This document shows, piece after piece, positions 33,525-43,455 of a DNA stretch of 47,961 nt. The stretch spans positions 1 through 47,961 of the forward strand of contig DATICZ010000026.1 in NCBI GenBank assembly GCA_035456525.1. The letters are read 5' to 3'. Position 1 is the first letter of the stretch. Every line of letters begins with the position of its first letter. Made by a program: the position numbers and the translations under genes. The DNA is from Gemmatimonadales bacterium. Lineage in GTDB: Bacteria; Gemmatimonadota; Gemmatimonadetes; Gemmatimonadales; GWC2-71-9. The notes under the pieces are model-generated. The model saw only the letters and a list, made by a program, of their open reading frames with translations, was not told the origin of the DNA and searched no databases.

Positions 33525-36205
33525 TTTCGCGCGCCGCGGCTCTGGCCCTGCTGGGGCCCTTGCTCGGCCTTTGCGCCGTCGCCGCCCCCACGCTCGTCCG
33601 GGCGCAGGAGCGGGTCGTCTCGCGGCCGGCGGTCCCCGAGCGCAGCCTCCCGGACACCGAGAAGCCGTTCAGTGCGGGCTCCCTGGACTCCGTACCGCAG
33701 GCCGTCCTGATCGAGCTGCGGATCCGGGGCTTGGCCTCGGCGACAGTGCAGGCGTACCGCGTGCGGACCGAGGCCCTGCTGCCGCTCGCCCAGTTCCTGA
33801 GCCTCGCCCAGGTGCGCTACCACCTCTCCCCGGACGGCGCGCTCGAGGCGTCGGTCCCTCCCGGGCCGAGCCGCCTTTTCATCGCGGCTGGGAACGACAC
33901 GATGACGTTCGGAGACCATCGCGTGCGTCTCGAGCCGGAGTTCCGCCTCTTCAAGGACGGCGAGCTGTACGTCGGCGCCGAGCGGCTGGGGAACCTGCTC
34001 GGCGGCACCTTTGTGGTGGACTGGACCGGCCTCACCGTCACTCTCATGGATGCCGGCATGCTGCCGATCGGTCAGCGGGCCCGGCGCGACGCAGCCCGCG
34101 CCGCGCTGGCGCGTCGCCGCGAAGCAGCGCCGGCCGACGTGCGGCTCGATCTCGAACGGCAGCGCTGGGATGGACTCGTGCTCGACTATTCGCTGTTCGC
34201 GCCCGGTGGCCGGCCGGTCGGGGCGGGGTCGTACGCATTCGATCTGGGGGGCGACGCGTTCGGAGGATCGCTCGCGATCGGCGCCCACAGCGTCGGTCCT
34301 GCGGACGCAGGCGTGGCGCGCGGCGATGTCTCGTGGACCGGCGTATGGGAAGAGAGTGCGTGGCTGAAGCAGCTCCGCCTGGGCGACGGCTTCTCCACCG
34401 GACCGCGGCTGCGCGAGCTGCGTGGCGTGGCGCTCACCAACGCGCCGTTCCTGCGGCCCGCGCTTCTGGGCACGAGCCGCTACCTCGGCCGCCTCGAGCC
34501 GGGTTGGTCCGTCGAGGCGTACCAGAACGGCCGACTCGTCGCCGTGGACACGACCGGCGTCACCGGAGAGTACGGCTTTGCGCTCCCGGTTCGGTACGGT
34601 GAAAACCCCGTGGATTTCGTGGCCTACGGACCGCTGGGAGAGGTGCGGGAATTCGATCGCACTTACCGGGTGCTGGCTGACCTGCTGCCCTCGCGCCGGT
34701 TCGAGTACGGCCTGTCGGGCGGCGCCTGCCGTGATCCTCGCTGCCATGCGAGCGGCAACCTCGACCTGCGCTACGGTCTGACGCCGCGGGTGACGCTTCA
34801 GAGCGGCGCCGATCGTTTCTGGCGCAACGGCCTCGCCGACCTGTGGCATCCGTACGCGCGGGTGACCGCGAACCCGACCAACGATTGGGGGCTCGAGCTG
34901 TCGGGCGTCGGCAACGCGCTGGTTCGGGGGGCGGTGCTGTTCGAGCCGTCCATCGATCTGCGGGTGAGCGCCGCGGCGGCCGCGTTCGACACGCGCACGC
35001 AGGCGCCGATCGTGACCGTGTCGGGCCAACGGTCGGCCTGGAGCGTTTCCGCGTTGCTGCGGCCGCTGCCGAGATACGGGCTGTTCTATTTCGAAAGCAA
35101 CATCGACCAGGTGCGCGGCCAGTCGGCGACGACGACCCGCGCCCGCCTCGGCGCTTCGGTGCAGACCGGAGCGACCCGGCTGATGCCGTACGTGCGGGTC
35201 GAGCGCCAGGCGCTCGACGGCGCGGGCAGCAGCACCGAGCCGTTCGTCGGCGTCAGCGCCTTCGTGCTGCCGCAGCCGCGGTGGGGACCGGTGCTGGGGC
35301 CGGCGTTCTTCCGAGGGGCCGTCGAATCGCGGGTGTGGGGCGGGGGAAGCGCGCCGCGCGTCACCCAGGCGTCACTGTTTGCCTCGCGACCGGTCTGGGG
35401 CGGCGTGAGCCTCGAGACGGGGGTCGTGTGGCAGCGCGGCAACCGCGGGCCGCTGATCCAGGTGACGTTGAATACCTATCTGTCGGCGATGCGCTCGTAC
35501 ACGACCATGAGCGCCGGGGCCGGGTCCCCAGCCACGGTGTCGCAGCTGGTGCAGGGGTCGGTGCTGTGGGACCGCACCGGCGGCCGCCTGGCGACGGCCC
35601 CGGGTCCCTCGATCGAGCGTGCGGGCGTCGCGGGCCAAGTCTTCCTCGACCGGAACCAGAACGGCCGGCGCGATCCCGACGAGGCTCCGGTGGCCGGCGT
35701 GCGAGTCGTCATCGGCTCGCGGCTGGCGGTGTCGGATTCCCAGGGATCCTTCCGGGTGTGGGACCTGATGCCATTCGAGCCCGTGGATGTGCTGGTGGAT
35801 TCGCTGAGCATCGACTCGCCGTTGCTCGTCCCTGCCTTCGCGCGGGCCACGCTCGTTCCCAACCCGAACCGGTTCCGCACGCTCGACGTGCCGATCGTCG
35901 CGGCCGGCGTGATCGAAGGGCACGTGTGGCGGGAGATCGGCGGGACGCGTGAGCCGATCGGTGTGGTGGGCCTGGTGCTCACCGATCGGCGGGCCGGCAC
36001 GAGTCGCCGGTTCGCCTCGTTCTCCGACGGCTCTTTCTACCTGATGGGCGTGAAGGCGGGAGACTACGAGCTGACTGTGGACGGCACGGCGGCGGGCATG
36101 GCCGAAACGGGGCTCTCGGCTACGGGGCTGCGATTCATGATCGAGCCCGACGGTGCAGCCTCGGGACGCAGCGGCCTCGAGCTGGTGCTCCGCCCGGCGC
36201 GCTGA
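33521..36205 (+). CDS. large outer-membrane usher-like protein with two C-terminal beta-sandwich (CarboxypepD_reg/SdrD-B-like) segments
   Basis: 894 aa. Signal peptide MISRAAALALLGPLLGLCAVAAPTLVRAQ. The long middle region is rich in alternating beta-strand-like segments. The tail reads GQVFLDRNQNGRRDPDEAPVAGVRVVI...SQGSFRV and GVIEGHVWRE...SDGSFYLMGVKAGDYELTV. Position and size fit an usher. Confidence 0.55.
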   Translation: MISRAAALALLGPLLGLCAVAAPTLVRAQERVVSRPAVPERSLPDTEKPFSAGSLDSVPQAVLIELRIRGLASATVQAYRVRTEALLPLAQFLSLAQVRYHLSPDGALEASVPPGPSRLFIAAGNDTMTFGDHRVRLEPEFRLFKDGELYVGAERLGNLLGGTFVVDWTGLTVTLMDAGMLPIGQRARRDAARAALARRREAAPADVRLDLERQRWDGLVLDYSLFAPGGRPVGAGSYAFDLGGDAFGGSLAIGAHSVGPADAGVARGDVSWTGVWEESAWLKQLRLGDGFSTGPRLRELRGVALTNAPFLRPALLGTSRYLGRLEPGWSVEAYQNGRLVAVDTTGVTGEYGFALPVRYGENPVDFVAYGPLGEVREFDRTYRVLADLLPSRRFEYGLSGGACRDPRCHASGNLDLRYGLTPRVTLQSGADRFWRNGLADLWHPYARVTANPTNDWGLELSGVGNALVRGAVLFEPSIDLRVSAAAAAFDTRTQAPIVTVSGQRSAWSVSALLRPLPRYGLFYFESNIDQVRGQSATTTRARLGASVQTGATRLMPYVRVERQALDGAGSSTEPFVGVSAFVLPQPRWGPVLGPAFFRGAVESRVWGGGSAPRVTQASLFASRPVWGGVSLETGVVWQRGNRGPLIQVTLNTYLSAMRSYTTMSAGAGSPATVSQLVQGSVLWDRTGGRLATAPGPSIERAGVAGQVFLDRNQNGRRDPDEAPVAGVRVVIGSRLAVSDSQGSFRVWDLMPFEPVDVLVDSLSIDSPLLVPAFARATLVPNPNRFRTLDVPIVAAGVIEGHVWREIGGTREPIGVVGLVLTDRRAGTSRRFASFSDGSFYLMGVKAGDYELTVDGTAAGMAETGLSATGLRFMIEPDGAASGRSGLELVLRPAR

Positions 36206-36224
36206 CCCTTCCTGTTTTCGTCGG

Positions 36225-36258
36225 CCCCCGTCCCTCTTCCCTCGTCCCTCTACGTCCC
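36225..36258 (-). other. G-quadruplex-type motif (five G3+ runs) in the 44-nt convergent spacer
   Basis: The minus strand reads GGG-ACGTAGA-GGG-ACGA-GGG-AAGA-GGG-AC-GGGGG, beginning in the last codons of the sensor-kinase gene. No hairpin terminator is visible in this spacer. Confidence 0.4.
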
Positions 36259-38757
36259 TGCTCGCCGCGAGGGCCGCGCTGCGACGTCCCGCACCAGCCG
36301 TTCCAGCGCGTCGAAATCGAACGGCTTCACGAGCGAGGGCGCGCCGGAATCGGCCAGCAGCGCCGCCGTATCGGCATCGAGCGAGTCGCCGGTCGCGAAG
36401 ATGAGGGTGGAGACGAGCTCCGGCGCCTGCTCGCGGAGCCGGATGAGGAAATCACGACCGTTCATTCCCGGCATCCGGACATCGCACAGGATCACGTCGA
36501 AGCTCTGGGCGCGGAGCGCGCGGAGCGCCTCGGCGCCGTCGCTGACGGCACGCACCTGCATGCCGCTGCGGTTCAGGAAGCGGGCGGTGGCCTGACGGAT
36601 CCCCGGCTCGTCGTCCACCACGAGCACGGCCACCGGCTGTTCCGCGGCCGCCGGACCCTGAACCGCCGCACCGCCCGAGGGGCGCTGCATGGTGCGGAGG
36701 TCGAGTGGGAGCACGACCTGGAATGCGGCCCCGTGGCCCGGCTCCGATTCGACGGTGATGCGCCCGCCGTGGCTGCGCACGATGCCGTAGCAGATCGAGA
36801 GCCCCAGGCCTGTGCCCACGCCTTCCGGCTTGGTGGTGAAGAACGGATCGAAGATCCGCGAGCGGATTTCCGCCGCGATCCCGGGACCGGTGTCGCGGCA
36901 CTCGAACCTGACTTCGGGCCCCTCGGCGTGCGTGCGGAGCGTGATGCCACGGTGTCCGGGGAAGCCGTCCAGCGCCTGCTCGGCGTTGATCAGGAAGTTC
37001 AAGAGCATCTGCTGCAGCTCCGACATGTTGGCCCAGACCCGCGGCTCGACCGGATCCAGCTCCAGCCGCACTTCGACGTTCAGCGTGTTCAGGTGATAGG
37101 ACCGCAAGGTGTGCGTCCGGCGCACCAGCTCGTTGACGTCCACCAGCGAGCGCTCGGGCCCACTCATCCGGGCGAAGGCGAGCAGGTTGGTGGTGATCTG
37201 GCCGATGCGCATCGCCTCGTCGCGCACCATTTCGACGATCTCGCGCTGCTCGGGGCGGAGGTCGTCCAGCATCAGCGTCTGGGCGAAGCCGGAGATGATT
37301 GCCGCCGGGTTGTTGATCTCGTGCGCCACGCCGCTCACCAGCTGACCCATGGCCGCGAGCTTGTCGGCCTGCTGCAGCTGGCTCTGGGCGCGACGCAGCT
37401 CCGTGACGTCGCGGGCGATGGCCAGCACCCGGGTGATCTGCCCGTGCTCGCGGATCGGGGCATACACCACCGAGCTGACCACGCGTGCCCCGTCGGGCCG
37501 CCGTTGCGGCACCTCGAAGCGGCGCACCTCCCCGGCGAACGCCGCATCGAGGTGGGCGCGCAGCAGCGCGACGGCGTCCGGGTCCACGAAATCGAACGCC
37601 GTGCGGGTCCCGGCGGCCGCGCCGTGGGCCGGCCGGTCCGGCGCGTAATCCAGGACCTGGCCGTCCCGGTTCAGCAGCACGATCGGATCGGGCGACGCCT
37701 CCATGATCTGGCGGAGGTTGCGCTCCGCGGACGCGGTGGTCGTCAGCGAATCGACGAGCGTCTGCGTCTGTCGCTCGACCTCGCGCTCCAGCGCGGCCTC
37801 GTAGCGCCGGTCGGCCACCAGGGAGTACGCAACGCGGGCGGCGATGATCAACCCGCCGACGGTCGGGACCAGGACGTCCTCCGCACCCATCCGGCCCGAG
37901 GCCATACTCTGGAGGTGGAGGCCCACCAGCCCGGCGAGTCCCAGCAGCACCGCCAGCAGGCGCGGTGCGACGGCGCCGCTTCCCGCGGCTGCCGGCCGCG
38001 GTCCCGCCGGGGCCGCGGCGGCCACGACTCCGGCTGAGGCCAGCACCAGGTTGGCGACGTTCCAGCCGAAGTCGAGCACCGTGCCCGGAGCCTGCGCGCG
38101 CGGCAGGCTCACCGTGCCGAACAGCAGGTCGGCGATGCCGTAGAGCAGGAGCCCGACCACCGCGAGCGCCGCGCCGCCCCGTGGCAAGGGATGCGGCTGC
38201 AACAGCAGCATGCCGATCAGCCAGACGAGGGCGAGCCCGCCGGTGGCATAGGCGACGCTGCCCAGGACCTCCGGCTCGCCGACTCCACCCGTGAGCGGCT
38301 CGACGAACAGCTCGTACGCCCAGGCGACGGCGGTGAGGGTGAGCAGCGCGGAGTCGAGCAGAATCTCCGCGGTGAGCTGCCGGCGCGGCTGGATGGCGAG
38401 CAGGTTCCAGGCGGCGATGAAGAAGCACGGATACACCGCGAGGTATCCGATGTCGACGGCGGTCATGCCCGGCCGGACGATCCCTCGCGCCAGCTGGATG
38501 TCGGCGTAGCCCAGGGTGAGGAAATCGACGACGCTTCCCGCGAGCAGCCACCCCCACCCGCGTCGCTGGACCGGATCGGTAGCCGCGCGCCACGCCAGGG
38601 CGATCCCGGCCGTGCGCGCCAGCGCCGTCAGCGTCCAGCTGCCGGCGGGCAGCAGGCTCCGGGGGACGGGAAGAAAGAGGTAAGCCAGGACCAGAGCAGC
38701 CAACAGGCCGCCGGCTGCCACGAGGACGGTGCGGGTGACGCGGGTGCCTGGGATCAC
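36250..38757 (-). CDS. hybrid sensor histidine kinase / response regulator (multi-TM sensor, PAS, HisKA, HATPase_c, receiver)
   Basis: 835 aa with about 8-9 N-terminal TM segments. A PAS-like region ([20 protein letters not shown]) follows. H-box is [14 protein letters not shown]-binding boxes are [10 protein letters not shown]...[15 protein letters not shown]. The receiver reads [11 protein letters not shown]...[14 protein letters not shown]...LVKPFD. Confidence 0.9.
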   Translation of the reverse strand: MIPGTRVTRTVLVAAGGLLAALVLAYLFLPVPRSLLPAGSWTLTALARTAGIALAWRAATDPVQRRGWGWLLAGSVVDFLTLGYADIQLARGIVRPGMTAVDIGYLAVYPCFFIAAWNLLAIQPRRQLTAEILLDSALLTLTAVAWAYELFVEPLTGGVGEPEVLGSVAYATGGLALVWLIGMLLLQPHPLPRGGAALAVVGLLLYGIADLLFGTVSLPRAQAPGTVLDFGWNVANLVLASAGVVAAAAPAGPRPAAAGSGAVAPRLLAVLLGLAGLVGLHLQSMASGRMGAEDVLVPTVGGLIIAARVAYSLVADRRYEAALEREVERQTQTLVDSLTTTASAERNLRQIMEASPDPIVLLNRDGQVLDYAPDRPAHGAAAGTRTAFDFVDPDAVALLRAHLDAAFAGEVRRFEVPQRRPDGARVVSSVVYAPIREHGQITRVLAIARDVTELRRAQSQLQQADKLAAMGQLVSGVAHEINNPAAIISGFAQTLMLDDLRPEQREIVEMVRDEAMRIGQITTNLLAFARMSGPERSLVDVNELVRRTHTLRSYHLNTLNVEVRLELDPVEPRVWANMSELQQMLLNFLINAEQALDGFPGHRGITLRTHAEGPEVRFECRDTGPGIAAEIRSRIFDPFFTTKPEGVGTGLGLSICYGIVRSHGGRITVESEPGHGAAFQVVLPLDLRTMQRPSGGAAVQGPAAAEQPVAVLVVDDEPGIRQATARFLNRSGMQVRAVSDGAEALRALRAQSFDVILCDVRMPGMNGRDFLIRLREQAPELVSTLIFATGDSLDADTAALLADSGAPSLVKPFDFDALERLVRDVAARPSRRAGT

Positions 38758-38840
38758 GCGGATAGCCAGAAAGTAGTGACGGGCGCATCCGCAAGCGAGG
38801 GCGCGCGACGCCGCGGAGCCCGCGTTAGCTTAGCGCCGGC

Positions 38841-40154
38841 ATGGAAGACCGACTCGGTTGGACCAGGGCCGTACCCGACTCCCTCGCGCGATGGCCGGAA
38901 TGGACGCGTTTCGCCGCCGCGGTGCGGCGCGACGGTCTCGACCGGGTCCTCGTGTGCGGCATGGGCGGGTCCGCGCTCGCTCCCGCGGTGCTCGCGCGCA
39001 GTTTCCGGACGGCGGGGCTGGACGTGCTGGACAGCACCGACCCCACGGCCGTCGCCGCGGCGGAGCGGATTCATCCGCTGGACCGGACGCTCTTTCTGAT
39101 CGTCAGCAAGTCGGGGTCGACGGTCGAAACGCTCGCTGCCTTTCACTACTTCGCCGCGCGGGCTCGTTCCGCACAATTCGTGGCGGTCACCGATCCCGGC
39201 AGCCCGCTCGAGCGGCTGGCGCGCGAGCGGGGATTCCGGACGGTGTTTCCACATCCCGCCGATGTCGGCGGCCGCTACGCCGCCCTCACGGTCGTCGGGA
39301 TGTTGCCGGCCGCGCTCGCGGGAATCGACGGAGCGGCGTTGCTCGAGCGCGCCCGGGCGACCGATGTTGCCGCGGCCCAGGAGCTCGGCCGGACGCTGGG
39401 CGCCGCCGCGGCGGCCGGTCGCGACAAGCTGGCCCTCGAGCCGCCGGCCCCCGTCGCGGCGCTGGCGGACTGGATCGAGCAGCTCGTCGCCGAGAGCTCG
39501 GGGAAGAACGGGGCCGGAGTCGTCCCGCTGGTCGGAGGCGTCGATGGCGCCGGCCGCGACGTCCAGGTGGTGCGGGAGTTCTCCGGCGATCCGCTCGATC
39601 TCGGTCGGGAGTTCCTGCGCTGGGAGTACGCCACCTGGGAGCTGTGCCGCGGCCTCGGCGTCAACGCGTTCGATCAGCCGGACGTCGAAGAAGCCAAGGC
39701 GCTGGCCCGCGCTGAGCTGGCCGCGCCGCCGGAGGCGGCCCGCGCCGTGCCGCACACGCTGAGCCTCGCCGAGCTGCGCGGGGCCGCCCGCCAGGGTGAC
39801 TATTTGGCGATTCTCGCCTACCTGCCGCCCCGTGCGGATCTGGAGCAGGCGCTCGCGCGTGTGCGCCGGGCGTGGGGGAATGCCCTCGGCGTCGTGACCA
39901 CACAGGGCTTCGGACCGCGCTACCTCCACTCCACCGGCCAGCTCCATAAGGGCGGTCCGAATACCGGTCTGTTTCTCGTCATCACGTCAGAGCCCGCCCA
40001 GGATCTGGAGATCCCCACGATGAACACGACCTTCGCCCGGCTCGAGCGCGCGCAGGCGATCGGCGACGTCCGCGCCCTGCTCGCACGGGGCCGCCGTGTC
40101 TGCTACCACCATCTGCGCCGGCCGGAAGACGTGGCCGAGCTCGAGCGGGTGTGA
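38841..40154 (+). CDS. pgi: glucose-6-phosphate isomerase (short SIS-type)
   Basis: VLVCGMGGSALAP, LFLIVSKSGSTVETL and ADVGGRYAALTVVGMLPAAL are present. Confidence 0.8.
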   Translation: MEDRLGWTRAVPDSLARWPEWTRFAAAVRRDGLDRVLVCGMGGSALAPAVLARSFRTAGLDVLDSTDPTAVAAAERIHPLDRTLFLIVSKSGSTVETLAAFHYFAARARSAQFVAVTDPGSPLERLARERGFRTVFPHPADVGGRYAALTVVGMLPAALAGIDGAALLERARATDVAAAQELGRTLGAAAAAGRDKLALEPPAPVAALADWIEQLVAESSGKNGAGVVPLVGGVDGAGRDVQVVREFSGDPLDLGREFLRWEYATWELCRGLGVNAFDQPDVEEAKALARAELAAPPEAARAVPHTLSLAELRGAARQGDYLAILAYLPPRADLEQALARVRRAWGNALGVVTTQGFGPRYLHSTGQLHKGGPNTGLFLVITSEPAQDLEIPTMNTTFARLERAQAIGDVRALLARGRRVCYHHLRRPEDVAELERV

Positions 40155-42784
40155 TCACCTTCCACCTGATCCTCCATACCCACTGGGACCGCGAGTGGCA
40201 CCTCCCCCGCGCCACGTATCAGGCGCGGCTCGTGCCCATGATGGATGAGCTACTGCAGCGTCTCGAGGCTGATGCGGGATTCCGCAGCTTCCTGCTGGAC
40301 GGTCAGACGGTGCTGCTCGAGGACTACCTGCGCGCCCGGCCGGAGCGGCGTGAGCTGATTCAGCAGCTGGTGCGTGCGGGACGCCTGCAGGTGGGGCCGT
40401 GGTACGTGCTCGCCGACGAGATCGTGCCCGCGGGAGAGTCGCTCGTGCGCAACCTGCTGCTCGGCGCGGCCGACGCCGCGCGATTCGGCGGGCGGCTCGA
40501 CGTGCTCTATTCGCCGGACGCCTTCGGGCATCCCGCCTGGTGGCCGGAGCTGGCCCGCGGAGCGGGGTGCGCGTCGGGCGTCCTGTGGCGCGGGCTGGGC
40601 GGCGCCCCGGGACAGGAGCGCGACCGCTATCGGTGGCGCGGCCCGAGCGGTGCCGAGGTGCGGCTGTGGCACCTCCCGCCGACTGGCTATGAGATCGGCG
40701 TGGAGCTCGCAGCGGACTCAGAGGCGTTGCCGGAGCTCTGGGCCTGGGTGCGCGGCGAGCTGGTGGGCCGAGCCGGGGGCAGCAGCCACATCCCGGTGTT
40801 CATCGGCGCCGACCATCATGGGGCGCCGACCGAGGTATCGCGCCTCCGCGAGCAGCTCGCCGAGCTCGAGCGGCCCAATGCGGTGCGCGTGTCGCGACTC
40901 GACGAGTTCTTCGCCGCAGCCGCCGCCGAATTCGACGCGGCCCCGGTCCTGACCGGATCGTTGCGCTCCGCTCCTGGATACGCCTGGACCCTGCAGGGCG
41001 CGCAGGGCACTCGCGCCCCGCTCAAGCGACGGGCCGCGATGCTCGAGTTGCGGCTGGCGCGCATGGCCGAGCCGCTCGCGGCGCTGGCGGCCCGGCAGGG
41101 AGCGCACGATCAGCGGCCCGTGCTCGAGCTCGCCTGGCGCGCCCTGGTCCAGTCCCAGTTCCACGACACGATTTGCGGGACGACGAGCGATGCGGTAGCG
41201 CGCGCGGCCGAGCTGCGGCTCGACGCAGCGCACGCGTACGCGGACGAGGTGATCCGGTCCGCCGCGTTCGCGCTCGTGGGTCACGACCCGGACCGCGCCC
41301 GCGAGCGCCCGGAGGGGCAGTCACCCACGCTGGTGCTCTGGAATCCCGCGCCGCACGCGCGGGGGGGCATCATGATCGCCGACTGCACGTTCTTCCGTCG
41401 CGACGTTCCGGTCGGACCACCCGGGCCCCGCAAGCCGCGCTCCGGTCCGGGAGCCCAGGCGTTCTCGTTGCGTGCGGCCCGCGGCCACGCCGTCCCACTC
41501 CAGGTTCTCGATCGCCGCCGCGGTCAGGAGCGGCTCGACGCGAGCCGGCACTACCCGGATCAGGACGAAGTGGACGTGGTGCGCGTTGCCTTCCGGGCGC
41601 CGCTCCTCCCGGGGTTCGGACTGGCCGCGCTCTCCTGCGGGGCGCCGGCTACGGCGGCGCCCGAGGACACGGTTCAGGTCCAGGCGCGCTCGCTGGTCAA
41701 CCGCTTCGTAGTGGCCACGCTCGACCGGGCCGGCAGCCTGCAGCTCTACGATCGTCGCACCGGCGGGCGCTGGCTCGACCTGCTGCGTCTCGAGAGCGAG
41801 GCCGATGCCGGGGACGCCTACAGCTTCTGTGCGGCGGCGCGCGATCGCCTCGTGCGCAGCCAGGGGCCGATCCAGGTACGGCGTGTCGCGGCGGGGCCGC
41901 TCGTCGCGGTCCTCGAGGCTCGGTGGACGCTGCGCGCCGGCGGGGGACGCCGGGGAAAAGTCGGCGTGCGGCTGCTGGTGTCGCTCCACGCCGACAGCCC
42001 GGTCGTGCGGTGTATCCTCGACGTGGACAACGGCGCGCTGCATCACCGGCTGCGCGCCCGGGTGCCAATGGGGTCGGCCGATCCGGCTCTGGTCGGCACG
42101 CAATTCGGACAGGAATCGCGGCCGCTCGCGGCGCCGAGCCCTGCGCGCGGGGCGCTCGAGGCGCCCGTGGCCACGGCGCCGGCGCATCGCTTTCTCGCGG
42201 TCATGGGCAATGGGCGCGGACTGGCACTGCTGGCTCCCGGGTTCTTCGAGTACGAGCACACGCGGTCGGGAGACATCGTCGTGACCCTGTTGCGCGCCAT
42301 CGGCGTGCTCTCGCGGGGCGATCTGCCGGTTCGCCCCGGACATGCGGCATGGCCCACGGCGATTCCCGAGGCCCAATGTCTCGGTGTTTCCCGTATCGAG
42401 TTGGCCCTGGCGCCGCTCGCCCCCGGGGAAACGATTCCATCCGTGTGGGAGGGTGTGTTCACTCCCGTCCGGGGACTCTGGATCCGCGACGCGCTCGGCG
42501 GCGCACCGACGCCGCGTCGCTCCGGTATCACGCTGGACGGCGCGGGGCTCGTGTTCTCCGCGATGAAACCGGGCGAGGAGAATCCACGGGACGTCGTGCT
42601 ACGCTGCTACAACCCCGAAGACCGGCCGGTCGCCGGCGCGTGGCGTTTCGGCGTTCCGGTCAGCGCGGCATTCCGCACGCGGCTCGACGAGCGGGAGCCG
42701 GTCCCGCTCATACTCGAGGACGGTGGCCGTGTGGTGCGCTTCACCGCCGAGCCGCGTGAAATCGTAACCGTGATGGTGCGTTGA
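40151..42784 (+). CDS. glycoside hydrolase family 38 (alpha-mannosidase / mannosylglycerate hydrolase-like)
   Basis: The N-terminus FHLILHTHWDREWH is the GH38 metal-site signature. 877 aa. It shares a GTGA overlap with pgi. Confidence 0.85.
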   Translation: MITFHLILHTHWDREWHLPRATYQARLVPMMDELLQRLEADAGFRSFLLDGQTVLLEDYLRARPERRELIQQLVRAGRLQVGPWYVLADEIVPAGESLVRNLLLGAADAARFGGRLDVLYSPDAFGHPAWWPELARGAGCASGVLWRGLGGAPGQERDRYRWRGPSGAEVRLWHLPPTGYEIGVELAADSEALPELWAWVRGELVGRAGGSSHIPVFIGADHHGAPTEVSRLREQLAELERPNAVRVSRLDEFFAAAAAEFDAAPVLTGSLRSAPGYAWTLQGAQGTRAPLKRRAAMLELRLARMAEPLAALAARQGAHDQRPVLELAWRALVQSQFHDTICGTTSDAVARAAELRLDAAHAYADEVIRSAAFALVGHDPDRARERPEGQSPTLVLWNPAPHARGGIMIADCTFFRRDVPVGPPGPRKPRSGPGAQAFSLRAARGHAVPLQVLDRRRGQERLDASRHYPDQDEVDVVRVAFRAPLLPGFGLAALSCGAPATAAPEDTVQVQARSLVNRFVVATLDRAGSLQLYDRRTGGRWLDLLRLESEADAGDAYSFCAAARDRLVRSQGPIQVRRVAAGPLVAVLEARWTLRAGGGRRGKVGVRLLVSLHADSPVVRCILDVDNGALHHRLRARVPMGSADPALVGTQFGQESRPLAAPSPARGALEAPVATAPAHRFLAVMGNGRGLALLAPGFFEYEHTRSGDIVVTLLRAIGVLSRGDLPVRPGHAAWPTAIPEAQCLGVSRIELALAPLAPGETIPSVWEGVFTPVRGLWIRDALGGAPTPRRSGITLDGAGLVFSAMKPGEENPRDVVLRCYNPEDRPVAGAWRFGVPVSAAFRTRLDEREPVPLILEDGGRVVRFTAEPREIVTVMVR

Positions 42785-43455
42785 CCGTGCAGGAACATCA
42801 CTTCACGGCGTCCCGGACCTCCCGCTACTACACGCTCGGGCCCGCCGCGTCGGCAGCGCGCGAAGTCTGGTTGCTGCTCCACGGCTACGGGCAGCTGGCC
42901 GGGCGGTTCCTGATCGCATTCCAGGCGCTGGACGACGGAAGCCGGTGCCTCATCGCGCCCGAGGCGCTGTCGCGGTTCTATCTCGGCGAGGCGACCGGGC
43001 GGCACGACAAGGTCGGCGCGAGCTGGATGACACGGGAGGACCGCCTCACCGACATCGCCGACTACGTACGCTACCTCGACGCGCTGTACGGCGACCTGGT
43101 GGGCGGGCGGCGGGACGGCGGCGGGGTCACCGTGCTCGGGTTCTCCCAGGGCACGGCGACGGCAGCGCGCTGGCTGGCGCTGGGGACCACGCACGCCGAC
43201 CGGTTGATCCTCTATGGGGGAGAGGTACCGCCCGATCTCAATCTCGCCGCCGCGCGGGAGCGCTGGGCCCGGACGGAAGTGATCCTCGTGGCGGGGAGCC
43301 ACGATGCCTACATCACGCCCAAGATCCTGGCGCGCGACGAGGAGCGGCTACGCTCACACGGTATCGACTTCCGCGTGGAGCGATTCGAGGGTGGACATGA
43401 GATCCGGGATGATGTGCTGCGGCGGCTGGTCGATGATCAGGACCCTGATGGCTGA
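42781..43455 (+). CDS. alpha/beta-hydrolase, phospholipase/carboxylesterase-type
   Basis: 224 aa. Nucleophile elbow GFSQGTA and C-terminal GGHEI (His of the triad). It shares a TTGA overlap with the GH38 gene. Confidence 0.75.
   Translation: MTVQEHHFTASRTSRYYTLGPAASAAREVWLLLHGYGQLAGRFLIAFQALDDGSRCLIAPEALSRFYLGEATGRHDKVGASWMTREDRLTDIADYVRYLDALYGDLVGGRRDGGGVTVLGFSQGTATAARWLALGTTHADRLILYGGEVPPDLNLAAARERWARTEVILVAGSHDAYITPKILARDEERLRSHGIDFRVERFEGGHEIRDDVLRRLVDDQDPDG

Noticed and set aside
36250-38757. Hybrid sensor kinase as the regulator of the adjacent fibre locus
   Set aside because: It is convergent to the locus. Its receiver domain has no output or sigma-54 AAA+ module. Nothing in the sequence links the two beyond proximity.
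38758-38840. GCGGAT...ATCCGC dyad in the sensor-kinase / pgi divergent spacer as an operator
   Set aside because: It has only 6-bp arms with a long spacer in G+C-rich DNA. That is within chance expectation.
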